Assembly (NCBI GenBank): GCA_002269645.1
Contig: NIVC01001115.1
Location: 435,079-499,078, forward strand
Length of the DNA stretch: 64,000 nucleotides
From: Macrostomum lignano
Taxonomy: Eukaryota
Direction: 5' to 3'
The notes beneath the pieces were generated by a model. The model worked only from the letters and a program-made list of their open reading frames with translations, was not told the DNA's origin and did not search any database. Position numbers and translations under genes: made by a program. This document shows positions 13,369 to 32,000 of this stretch, piece by piece (position 1 is the first letter of the stretch; every line of letters starts with the position of its first letter).

Positions 13369-14100
13369 ACTGCAGGCACTCATTTTGGCGCCACAGGGAC
13401 TTATTTTGGCGCCACAGGGACGCATTTTGGCGCCGCAGGCACTCATTTTGGCGCCACAGGGACTCATTTTGGCGCCACAGGGACTCATTTTGGCGCCGCA
13501 GGCACTCATTTTAGCGCCGCAGACAGGCACTCATTTTAGCGCCACAGGCACTCATTTTGGCGCCACAGGCTGGCACTCATTTTGGCGCCACAGGCACTCA
13601 TTTTGGCGTCACAGACAAGCACTCATTTTGGCGCAACAGGCACTCATTTTGGCGCCACCAGCACTCATTATGGCGCCACAGGCAGGCACTCATTTTGGCG
13701 CCACAGGGACTCATTTTGGCGCCACAGGGACTCATTTTGGCGCCGCAGGGACTCATTTTGGCGCCACAGGCACTCATTTTAGCGCCGCAGAATGGCACTC
13801 ATTTTAGCGCCACAGGCACTCATTTTAGCGCCACAGGCACTCATTTTGGCGCCACAGGCTGGCACTCATTTTGGCGCCACAGGCACTCATTTTGGCGCCA
13901 CAGCCACTCATTTTGGCGCCACAGGCACTCATTTTAGCGCCGCAGAATGGCACTCATTTTAGCGCCACAGGCACTCATTTTAGCGCCACAGGCACTCATT
14001 TTGGCGCCACAGGCTGGCACTCATTTTGGCGCCACAGGCACTCATTTTGGCGCCACAGCCACTCATTTTGGCGCCACAGGCACTCATTTTGGCGCCACAG
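13369..14100. repeat. 21 bp minisatellite (GGCACTCATTTTGGCGCCACA)n with occasional 4 bp insertions
   Basis: Direct reading. Confidence 0.95.
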
Positions 14101-14364
14101 CGAGGAATAAAGCATTGGCATGTCCCACTCATAACTTTTACTGGGGGTAACATGTATCCTTGTCCACCCACCCCCCTTCCCCCGGTGGCAACGCCCCTGA
14201 TCATGACATGACATTGTACACTGATTCTTCTTCGACATTTTTGGACGAACTGAGAACTGCGCAGTTTCATAATTCCTCGAATCGAAACTCTTCTATTACA
14301 ACATCTTCTCGGTAGTCCTTGGTCCTACAGTGGCTCCCCATAATCTCATCCGTAACGTTCATTG

Positions 14365-17124
14365 CTATGCAAAGCTGCTGCTGGGCAGCTGGTAGCGCTG
14401 AATCTCTCGCAGCAGTTCGTCATCCTCTTCCTCATCATCCTCTCCATCATTGTCTTCGTCGTCGGTGTCGCCGAACTCCGGCACGCCGAACACCGGCTGT
14501 TGAACTTCAAAATCGTCATCTATGTACAGATCGTCGGACGATGACGGATAAACCGCTGGCATGCCGGTTGCGGTCACACTGGTGGCAGCGGAGGGATTCG
14601 ATGGGCTGGTAGGTGGCGGCTTCATTGCACCCGATGCAGCCTGCTGCTTGGTTGGGTAGGGCAGCACAATGCCGTTGGATTTTGCTGGACTGCCGTTGCA
14701 GTATCCAGCAGGTAGTAGCAGCATGCGCTGCTGCTGCTGATGACTTGCTGGCGTTGTTGGGTCCAGTGGCAGCGGCGGTGGCGGCGGTGGCGGCAGCGGC
14801 GACCGAGGCGGCGTCATCTCGGAGCTGGACCGGTCCGAGCCGGTGGAAATCAACGCCGAGCTGTCGTCCGCGGTCGGTGCGCCAGGAGTTCTCTCTCGCT
14901 GCACTATTCGCCGGCGTTGTATCTGCACCGGCGGCGGCTGGCGCTGCTGCTGCTGCTGCTGTGTCGGCGGCCTTTGAGGCTCCGTCGAAACTGCTCGGTC
15001 ACTGCTGATGGTCAGCTCGGATCGGGAACTGTTGGAGTCGGTCCGTCCGCCAGCAGTGTTCGTCTCCTGATCGTTGTTGCTGACCGAAGCAGGCGCCTCG
15101 TCAATGTCGGACAGGATTAGGAAGCGGTCCGTTGTGAGCTCCGAGTCGCTGCACACGGCATGCCGGTTGAGCCTGGCCCGGTGCCTCTCCAGCTTCTCCC
15201 TTGCCCGGAGAAACGTCTCCAGATCGACCGCCACCAGCGACGCTCCGGCAGCAAGCGCGCTACCCACGGTGGCTGTCAGGTTCAGCACCGACTGCTCTCG
15301 ACGGGTGCGCAGCTCTGACGTCGGTCGCGGCTGGCGTTTCGGCTGGTTTCGCTCGACGGTCTCGGCGCCGAGGGTCGAGTTGTCAGCAGTGAAGTCCAGA
15401 GTGTAGTAGTTGGCGCAGCACGGCCTGCAAGCGTCGCCATCTTCCGTTGGCTGATCGGTTGACGATTTTCCAGCTGGTTGAGCATCGCAGGAGCTTCCGG
15501 CTGGGCAGCACATCACTGGCGGGCACTGGGAGTTGGTGCACGAGTCGCCTGTGAGCCTCGTGACGGCCTCCTGTAGAACTGCGTTTAACCTACAGGCCGC
15601 TCCCGTAGCTGCTGGGGTCTTGCTGCCATGTGGCTGGTCCGGATTTCTCTGCTGAAGGTACTGCGGATCGATGGTCTGCGTCAGCATCGACACCAGCGCG
15701 GTTGTCAACTGCTGGTTGACGCGCTCCACTTCCGACAGCCGTTCGCGCAGGTAGGTGCACTCTTCGGTGAGGTTCTGTGAGTAAAGGTTTGAGCATCAAT
15801 TTGGTCATGACATTAGAATGATTGAGAGCAAACTGTCAATCTTAAAAACCTTCTGAATCAGCGTGTTCTGTATCATTTGATTCGCCAGCTCGTCAGTGAA
15901 TCTGCCAGCCTGCAGCAGCTCCTGTCGCAGCATGCAGTTCTCCCTCTCCAAGCTGGTCAGTCTCCTGTCGCAGCCCACCTGCTCCAGCCGGTCCAGGCGC
16001 ACCGTCAGCTGACTGCGGTGCCCGTCGCTTTCCTGGAAATGTGTAAACAAGTTACAGCTTTGACAGTAACCTATAGCAACCAAATGACTCCCATAGCAAC
16101 CAAATGACTCGCATAGCAACCAAGTGACTCCCTTGGCAACCAAATCACTCCCCTAACAACCAAATGACCAAATGACTACCCTAGCAACCAAATGACTCTC
16201 ATAGCAACCAAATGACTCCCATAGCAACCAAATGACTCCTATAGCAACCAAATGACTCGCATAGCAACCAAGTGACTCCCTTGGCAACCAAATCACTACC
16301 CTAACAACCAAATGACTACCCTAGCAACCAAATGACTAGCCTAGCAACCAAATGACTCTCGTAGCAACCAAGTGACTCCTCTAACAACCAAATGACTACC
16401 CTAGCAACCAAATGACTCCCATATCAATTAAATGACTCCCCAAGCAACCAAATGACTCCCTTAGCAACCAAATGAGTTCACAAGCAACCAAATGATTCCC
16501 CCAGCAATTAAATGACTCACCTAGAAACCAAATGACTTCCCTAGCAACCAAATGACTAACTTAGAAACCAAATGGCTGCATTAGAAACTAAATAAATTCA
16601 CTAGCAATCAATAAAGCCACAAAGTAATACCCTAGTGACTCCCTTGTCAACTGCAATCTCCAAATGACTCCCCTTGAAATCACCTGTCTCTCAGTGCAAC
16701 AAATTAGTATTGGCTCTCGTTTGATAAAATATTGAAACAAATTACCTGAAAGCTCTGCTTCATCTGGCTGCACTCCTTCTCGACCAGTTCCAGTCGCTTT
16801 ATTGCTTCATCAAAGCGGCCAATCAGTCTGGAAAATGCAATTTGATTCGTATTTCTCAATCCTTAGACAACTCTAGATGTCGCGAGAGAGAAATTACTCA
16901 AGAGAATTACAAGCTATCAGGTGTCGCATTAAATCAATCCTCTTACTGTTTCTCAGCCTCCTGAGACTGCTTCAGCTGGCCTCGCATTTCAACAGTGGCA
17001 GCTGCAGCCGCCGCTGCCGCCGCTGCCGCCGCGGTCGCAGCAGAAGAGGCGGCCTCTGAGCACTCGCTGGTGCCACCGTTGATGCTGCTGTTGCTGCGGT
17101 TTGAGCTGCAGACGGTTGCTTGCA

Positions 17125-17173
<49 letters not shown>

Positions 17174-17194
17174 AGCTACCGGGGGCCGCTTTCT
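14365..17194 (-). CDS. NCKAP5/NCKAP5L-like coiled-coil protein, 3' exons 16947-17194, 16746-16827, 15850-16032, 14365-15774
   Basis: Phase-consistent GT-AG model: RKRPPVAQ14..|LIGRFDEAIKRLELVEKEC..|..LERENCMLRQELLQAGRFTDELANQMIQNTLIQK|NLTEECTYLRERLSEVERVNQQLT, resembling the NCKAP5 family motif DEVANQVVQALLxQKxLREEC (from memory). Followed by a long Pro/Ser/Gln-rich disordered tail. Confidence 0.75.
16071..16585. repeat. 20 bp intronic minisatellite (ATAGCAACCAAATGACTCCC)n
   Basis: Direct reading. Confidence 0.93.
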
Positions 17195-17540
17195 CTGCAA
17201 GGAAAGACGTGTAGGAAACGCATAAGTCGCGTCAAAACAAAAAAGTTCTTCCTTCGAGCTGCTGCTTTGACACGCATGACGGCCACCCAAGCAAGTAAAA
17301 ACACTGAGGCGAAGGTAGCGGCTGAGAGAGGCAGCGGGGACGGCAGGGTGGGGGTGGGGGGCTTGCAGCGGAGCAATCTGATTTTCATTAGCCACGCTTC
17401 AGCTGCTGCGGACTCGCTTCGGTACGTCCGGGGTTTCGGGACTGAATTAAAGAGCGAGCCGGCCGGCTGGGGCATTCTGAGCACGTCTGCCCTGACTTTG
17501 CTGAGACTGCGGGACTGGCAACTGCCGCTGCCTGTGTGTT

Positions 17541-23136
<5,596 letters not shown>

Positions 23137-24544
23137 GACAACTGGTAACCTTCAATATCTTCCGAGTGCGTGGTTTGCAGTTTCAAACTGCCTTATGAAT
23201 ATCTGTACCCAGGACCGGACTATTATTGAGGCTCGCCATGTTTGTCAACAAAATATCTTCGTATACGAGCTATTCTCCGCCAAAAATCTACTTGGGATAA
23301 GCAAGAGTACTATTTCTGCAGCTGAATATTTAAGACGCACGACACTACTACGACTACGGCTACGACTACGACTGTACTACTACTACTCTACTACCACTAC
23401 TACTACTACTGCAACTACTAGTGCTACTACTACTGAAAATCTAGCTTCAACTGATCCGCAGTGCCCAGTCGCCTGTGACCAGGGGCTGTGCAGGCGGCGA
23501 TCTGTGACCAGACGCCGCCAACTGCGACTAGTGGCCTGCCTGGCTACTTCAAATAACTGCTTACCAGTACGTCTCTACTACGACTACGCCTACGACTGCT
23601 CTACTACTACTCTACTAATACTTGTACTACTACTACTTCCATTACTACTACTACGAGCTACTACTGCAACTACTAGTGCTACTACTACTGATAATCTAGC
23701 CTCAACTGATCTGCAGTGCCCAGTCGCCTGTGACCAGGGGCTGTGCAGGCGGCGATCTGTGACCAGACGCCGCCAACTGCGACTAGTGGCCTGCCTGGCT
23801 ACTTCAAATAACTGCTTACCAGTACGTCTCTACTACGACTACGCCTACGACTGCTCTACTACTACTCTACTAATACTTGTACTACTACTACTTCCATTAC
23901 TACTACTACGAGCTACTACTGCAACTACTAGTGCTACTACTACTGATAATCTAGCCTCAACTGATCTGCAGTGCCCAGTCGCCTGTGACCAGGGGCTGTG
24001 CAGGCGGCGATCTGTGACCAGACGCCGCCAACTGCGACTAGTGGCCTGCCTGGCTACTTCAAATAACTGCTTACCAGTACGTCTCTACTACGACTACGCC
24101 TACGACTGCTCTACTACTACTCTACTAATACTTGTACTACTACTACTTCCATTACTACTACTACGAGCTACTACTGCAACTACTAGTGCTACTACTACTG
24201 ATAATCTAGCCTCAACTGATCTGCAGTGCCCAGTCGCCTGTGACCAGGGGCTGTGCAGGCGGCGATCTGTGACCAGACGCCGCCAACTGCAACTAGTGGC
24301 CTGCCTGGCGACTCAATTTATTTACTGTTTATGTAATAACATCTATTTACTTGCACTTCTTTTTGAAAAGTTCTCAGTGCTCTGTTTTAATTTAATATTT
24401 GTTCTCAATTCTACGGGCGTAAATAACTTATTTGTTGAACTTTTCAAGATGCTTATTCATACACTTCTACGCTCTAAATCTGTTTTTCTATAGCACCTAA
24501 CATCTTTAATATTTTTTGTGCAAGGCTTTAAGCTGCCAATCTTT

Positions 24545-24706
24545 AACCAATCAGCGTGCTTCAACTCACGTTTTTAACTAATTATGCGTACACATCTTTA
24601 CTCAACACTGCTCAGTGCACCCCCAAAAGTCGCATATATATATATTGAAATTATGTTACAATAACTTCACTGCCAATATATTTGTTTTTAAACCCGAATA
24701 AATAAA
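24545..24706 (+). promoter_or_regulatory. Candidate CCAAT box (AACCAATCAG, 24545-24554), TATA-like (AT)n (24634-24645) and overlapping AATAAA hexamers (24697-24706) upstream of the HHR; repeated in each unit
   Basis: Motifs are seen directly; function is inferred. Confidence 0.4.
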
Positions 24707-24744
24707 CCCTGACGAAGGCCCAGTCTGGGCCGAAATATCGGTTT
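24704..24744 (+). ncRNA. Minimal type I hammerhead ribozyme motif, copy 1; predicted cleavage after C24739
   Basis: AAACC (stem I) CTGACGA (core) A GGCCC-AGTCT-GGGCC (stem II) GAA ATAT (palindromic stem III) C GGTTT (stem I'). Confidence 0.88.
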
Positions 24745-26033
24745 TTTTCGAACATTCGACAACTGGTAACCTTCAATATCTTCCGAGTGCGTGGTTTGCA
24801 GTTTCAAACTGCCTTATGAATATCTGTACCCAGGACCGGACTATTATTGAGGCTCGCCATGTTTGTCAACAAAATATCTTCGTATACGAGCTATTCTCCG
24901 CCAAAAATCTATTTGGGATAAGCAAGAGTACTATTTCTGCAGCTGAATATTTAAGACGCACGACACTACTACGACTACGGCTACGACTACGACTGTACTA
25001 CTACTACTCTACTACCACTACTACTACTACTGCAACTACTAGTGCTACTACTACTGAAAATCTAGCTTCAACTGATCCGCAGTGCCCAGTCGCCTGTGAC
25101 CAGGGGCTGTGCAGGCGGCGATCTGTGACCAGACGCCGCCAACTGCGACTAGTGGCCTGCCTGGCTACTTCAAATAACTGCTTACCAGTACGTCTCTACT
25201 ACGACTACGCCTACGACTGCTCTACTACTACTCTACTAATACTTGTACTACTACTACTTCCATTACTACTACTACGAGCTACTACTGCAACTACTAGTGC
25301 TACTACTACTGATAATCTAGCTTCAACTGATCCGCAGTGCCCAGTCGCCTGTGACCAGGGGCTGTGCAGGCGGCGATCTGTGACCAGACGCCGCCAACTG
25401 CGACTAGTGGCCTGCCTGGCTACTTCAAATAACTGCTTACCAGTACGTCTCTACTACGACTACGCCTACGACTGCTCTACTACTACTCTACTAATACTTG
25501 TACTACTACTACTTCCATTACTACTACTACGAGCTACTACTGCAACTACTAGTGCTACTACTACTGATAATCTAGCCTCAACTGATCTGCAGTGCCCAGT
25601 CGCCTGTGACCAGGGGCTGTGCAGGCGGCGATCTGTGACCAGACGCCGCCAACTGCAACTAGTGGCCTGCCTGGCGACTCAATTTTCTCAGTTCTCAAAG
25701 TTCTCAGTGCTCTGTTTTAATTTAATATTTGTTCTCAATTCTACGGGCGTAAATAACTTATTTGTTGAACTTTTCAAGATGCTTATTCATACACTTCTAC
25801 GCTCTAAATCTGTTTTTCTATAGCACCTAACATCTTTAATATTTTTTGTGCAAGGCTTTAAGCTGCCAATCTTTAACCAATCAGCGTGCTTCAACTCACG
25901 TTTTTAACTAATTATGCGTACACATCTTTACTCAACACTGCTCAGTGCACCCCCAAAAGTCGCATATATATATATTGAAATTATGTTACAATAACTTCAC
26001 TGCCAATATATTTGTTTTTAAACCCGAATAAAT

Positions 26034-29000
26034 AAACCCTGACGAAGGCCCAGTCTGGGCCGAAATATCGGTTTTTTTCGAACATTCGACAACTGGTAAC
26101 CTTCAATATCTTCCGAGTGCGTGGTTTGCAGTTTCAAACTGCCTTATGAATATCTGTACCCAGGACCGGACTATTATTGAGGCTCGCCATGTTTGTCAAC
26201 AAAATATCTTCGTATACGAGCTATTCTCCGCCAAAAATCTACTTGGGATAAGCAAGAGTACTATTTCTGCAGCTGAATATTTAAGACGCACGACACTACT
26301 ACGACTACGGCTACGACTACGACTGTACTACTACTACTCTACTACCACTACTACTACTACTGCAACTACTAGTGCTACTACTACTGAAAATCTAGCTTCA
26401 ACTGATCCGCAGTGCCCAGTCGCCTGTGACCAGGGGCTGTGCAGGCGGCGATCTGTGACCAGACGCCGCCAACTGCGACTAGTGGCCTGCCTGGCTACTT
26501 CAAATAACTGCTTACCAGTACGTCTCTACTACGACTACGCCTACGACTGCTCTACTACTACTCTACTAATACTTGTACTACTACTACTTCCATTACTACT
26601 ACTACGAGCTACTACTGCAACTACTAGTGCTACTACTACTGATAATCTAGCTTCAACTGATCCGCAGTGCCCAGTCGCCTGTGACCAGGGGCTGTGCAGG
26701 CGGCGATCTGTGACCAGACGCCGCCAACTGCGACTAGTGGCCTGCCTGGCTACTTCAAATAACTGCTTACCAGTACGTCTCTACTACGACTACGCCTACG
26801 ACTGCTCTACTACTACTCTACTAATACTTGTACTACTACTACTTCCATTACTACTACTACGAGCTACTACTGCAACTACTAGTGCTACTACTACTGATAA
26901 TCTAGCCTCAACTGATCTGCAGTGCCCAGTCGCCTGTGACCAGGGGCTGTGCAGGCGGCGATCTGTGACCAGACGCCGCCAACTGCAACTAGTGGCCTGC
27001 CTGGCGACTCAATTTTCTCAGTTCTCAAAGTTCTCAGTGCTCTGTTTTAATTTAATATTTGTTCTCAATTCTACGGGCGTAAATAACTTATTTGTTGAAC
27101 TTTTCAAGATGCTTATTCATACACTTCTACGCTCTAAATCTGTTTTTCTATAGCACCTAACATCTTTAATATTTTTTGTGCAAGGCTTTAAGCTGCCAAT
27201 CTTTAACCAATCAGCGTGCTTCAACTCACGTTTTTAACTAATTATGCGTACACATCTTTACTCAACACTGCTCAGTGCACCCCCAAAAGTCGCATATATA
27301 TATATTGAAATTATGTTACAATAACTTCACTGCCAATATATTTGTTTTTAAACCCGAATAAATAAACCCTGACGAAGGCCCAGTCTGGGCCGAAATATCG
27401 GTTTTTTTCGAACATTCGACAACTGGTAACCTTCAATATCTTCCGAGTGCGTGGTTTGCAGTTTCAAACTGCCTTATGAATATCTGTACCCAGGACCGGA
27501 CTATTATTGAGGCTCGCCATGTTTGTCAACAAAATATCTTCGTATACGAGCTATTCTCCGCCAAAAATCTACTTGGGATAAGCAAGAGTACTATTTCTGC
27601 AGCTGAATATTTAAGACGCACGACACTACTACGACTACGGCTACGACTACGACTGTACTACTACTACTCTACTACCACTACTACTACTACTGCAACTACT
27701 AGTGCTACTACTACTGAAAATCTAGCTTCAACTGATCCGCAGTGCCCAGTCGCCTGTGACCAGGGGCTGTGCAGGCGGCGATCTGTGACCAGACGCCGCC
27801 AACTGCGACTAGTGGCCTGCCTGGCTACTTCAAATAACTGCTTACCAGTACGTCTCTACTACGACTACGCCTACGACTGCTCTACTACTACTCTACTAAT
27901 ACTTGTACTACTACTACTTCCATTACTACTACTACGAGCTACTACTGCAACTACTAGTGCTACTACTACTGATAATCTAGCTTCAACTGATCCGCAGTGC
28001 CCAGTCGCCTGTGACCAGGGGCTGTGCAGGCGGCGATCTGTGACCAGACGCCGCCAACTGCGACTAGTGGCCTGCCTGGCTACTTCAAATAACTGCTTAC
28101 CAGTACGTCTCTACTACGACTACGCCTACGACTGCTCTACTACTACTCTACTAATACTTGTACTACTACTACTTCCATTACTACTACTACGAGCTACTAC
28201 TGCAACTACTAGTGCTACTACTACTGATAATCTAGCCTCAACTGATCTGCAGTGCCCAGTCGCCTGTGACCAGGGGCTGTGCAGGCGGCGATCTGTGACC
28301 AGACGCCGCCAACTGCAACTAGTGGCCTGCCTGGCGACTCAATTTTCTCAGTTCTCAAAGTTCTCAGTGCTCTGTTTTAATTTAATATTTGTTCTCAATT
28401 CTACGGGCGTAAATAACTTATTTGTTGAACTTTTCAAGATGCTTATTCATACACTTCTACGCTCTAAATCTGTTTTTCTATAGCACCTAACATCTTTAAT
28501 ATTTTTTGTGCAAGGCTTTAAGCTGCCAATCTTTAACCAATCAGCGTGCTTCAACTCACGTTTTTAACTAATTATGCGTACACATCTTTACTCAACACTG
28601 CTCAGTGCACCCCCAAAAGTCGCATATATATATATTGAAATTATGTTACAATAACTTCACTGCCAATATATTTGTTTTTAAACCCGAATAAATAAACCCT
28701 GACGAAGGCCCAGTCTGGGCCGAAATATCGGTTTTTTTCGAACATTCGACAACTGGTAACCTTCAATATCTTCCGAGTGCGTGGTTTGCAGTTTCAAACT
28801 GCCTTATGAATATCTGTACCCAGGACCGGACTATTATTGAGGCTCGCCATGTTTGTCAACAAAATATCTTCGTATACGAGCTATTCTCCGCCAAAAATCT
28901 ACTTGGGATAAGCAAGAGTACTATTTCTGCAGCTGAATATTTAAGACGCACGACACTACTACGACTACGGCTACGACTACGACTGTACTACTACTACTCT

Positions 29001-32000
29001 ACTACCACTACTACTACTACTGCAACTACTAGTGCTACTACTACTGAAAATCTAGCTTCAACTGATCCGCAGTGCCCAGTCGCCTGTGACCAGGGGCTGT
29101 GCAGGCGGCGATCTGTGACCAGACGCCGCCAACTGCGACTAGTGGCCTGCCTGGCTACTTCAAATAACTGCTTACCAGTACGTCTCTACTACGACTACGC
29201 CTACGACTGCTCTACTACTACTCTACTAATACTTGTACTACTACTACTTCCATTACTACTACTACGAGCTACTACTGCAACTACTAGTGCTACTACTACT
29301 GATAATCTAGCTTCAACTGATCCGCAGTGCCCAGTCGCCTGTGACCAGGGGCTGTGCAGGCGGCGATCTGTGACCAGACGCCGCCAACTGCGACTAGTGG
29401 CCTGCCTGGCTACTTCAAATAACTGCTTACCAGTACGTCTCTACTACGACTACGCCTACGACTGCTCTACTACTACTCTACTAATACTTGTACTACTACT
29501 ACTTCCATTACTACTACTACGAGCTACTACTGCAACTACTAGTGCTACTACTACTGATAATCTAGCCTCAACTGATCTGCAGTGCCCAGTCGCCTGTGAC
29601 CAGGGGCTGTGCAGGCGGCGATCTGTGACCAGACGCCGCCAACTGCAACTAGTGGCCTGCCTGGCGACTCAATTTTCTCAGTTCTCAAAGTTCTCAGTGC
29701 TCTGTTTTAATTTAATATTTGTTCTCAATTCTACGGGCGTAAATAACTTATTTGTTGAACTTTTCAAGATGCTTATTCATACACTTCTACGCTCTAAATC
29801 TGTTTTTCTATAGCACCTAACATCTTTAATATTTTTTGTGCAAGGCTTTAAGCTGCCAATCTTTAACCAATCAGCGTGCTTCAACTCACGTTTTTAACTA
29901 ATTATGCGTACACATCTTTACTCAACACTGCTCAGTGCACCCCCAAAAGTCGCATATATATATATTGAAATTATGTTACAATAACTTCACTGCCAATATA
30001 TTTGTTTTTAAACCCGAATAAATAAACCCTGACGAAGGCCCAGTCTGGGCCGAAATATCGGTTTTTTTCGAACATTCGACAACTGGTAACCTTCAATATC
30101 TTCCGAGTGCGTGGTTTGCAGTTTCAAACTGCCTTATGAATATCTGTACCCAGGACCGGACTATTATTGAGGCTCGCCATGTTTGTCAACAAAATATCTT
30201 CGTATACGAGCTATTCTCCGCCAAAAATCTACTTGGGATAAGCAAGAGTACTATTTCTGCAGCTGAATATTTAAGACGCACGACACTACTACGACTACGG
30301 CTACGACTACGACTGTACTACTACTACTCTACTACCACTACTACTACTACTGCAACTACTAGTGCTACTACTACTGAAAATCTAGCTTCAACTGATCCGC
30401 AGTGCCCAGTCGCCTGTGACCAGGGGCTGTGCAGGCGGCGATCTGTGACCAGACGCCGCCAACTGCGACTAGTGGCCTGCCTGGCTACTTCAAATAACTG
30501 CTTACCAGTACGTCTCTACTACGACTACGCCTACGACTGCTCTACTACTACTCTACTAATACTTGTACTACTACTACTTCCATTACTACTACTACGAGCT
30601 ACTACTGCAACTACTAGTGCTACTACTACTGATAATCTAGCTTCAACTGATCCGCAGTGCCCAGTCGCCTGTGACCAGGGGCTGTGCAGGCGGCGATCTG
30701 TGACCAGACGCCGCCAACTGCGACTAGTGGCCTGCCTGGCTACTTCAAATAACTGCTTACCAGTACGTCTCTACTACGACTACGCCTACGACTGCTCTAC
30801 TACTACTCTACTAATACTTGTACTACTACTACTTCCATTACTACTACTACGAGCTACTACTGCAACTACTAGTGCTACTACTACTGATAATCTAGCCTCA
30901 ACTGATCTGCAGTGCCCAGTCGCCTGTGACCAGGGGCTGTGCAGGCGGCGATCTGTGACCAGACGCCGCCAACTGCAACTAGTGGCCTGCCTGGCGACTC
31001 AATTTTCTCAGTTCTCAAAGTTCTCAGTGCTCTGTTTTAATTTAATATTTGTTCTCAATTCTACGGGCGTAAATAACTTATTTGTTGAACTTTTCAAGAT
31101 GCTTATTCATACACTTCTACGCTCTAAATCTGTTTTTCTATAGCACCTAACATCTTTAATATTTTTTGTGCAAGGCTTTAAGCTGCCAATCTTTAACCAA
31201 TCAGCGTGCTTCAACTCACGTTTTTAACTAATTATGCGTACACATCTTTACTCAACACTGCTCAGTGCACCCCCAAAAGTCGCATATATATATATTGAAA
31301 TTATGTTACAATAACTTCACTGCCAATATATTTGTTTTTAAACCCGAATAAATAAACCCTGACGAAGGCCCAGTCTGGGCCGAAATATCGGTTTTTTTCG
31401 AACATTCGACAACTGGTAACCTTCAATATCTTCCGAGTGCGTGGTTTGCAGTTTCAAACTGCCTTATGAATATCTGTACCCAGGACCGGACTATTATTGA
31501 GGCTCGCCATGTTTGTCAACAAAATATCTTCGTATACGAGCTATTCTCCGCCAAAAATCTACTTGGGATAAGCAAGAGTACTATTTCTGCAGCTGAATAT
31601 TTAAGACGCACGACACTACTACGACTACGGCTACGACTACGACTGTACTACTACTACTCTACTACCACTACTACTACTACTGCAACTACTAGTGCTACTA
31701 CTACTGAAAATCTAGCTTCAACTGATCCGCAGTGCCCAGTCGCCTGTGACCAGGGGCTGTGCAGGCGGCGATCTGTGACCAGACGCCGCCAACTGCGACT
31801 AGTGGCCTGCCTGGCTACTTCAAATAACTGCTTACCAGTACGTCTCTACTACGACTACGCCTACGACTGCTCTACTACTACTCTACTAATACTTGTACTA
31901 CTACTACTTCCATTACTACTACTACGAGCTACTACTGCAACTACTAGTGCTACTACTACTGATAATCTAGCTTCAACTGATCCGCAGTGCCCAGTCGCCT

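Noticed and set aside
23493-23535. Helitron 3' end (hairpin followed by CTAG|T) as the explanation for the array
   Set aside because: The motif is internal and repeated in every module rather than terminal. CTAG is common in the CTA-rich linkers, and the array junctions are not A|TC...CTRR|T. Not fully excluded.
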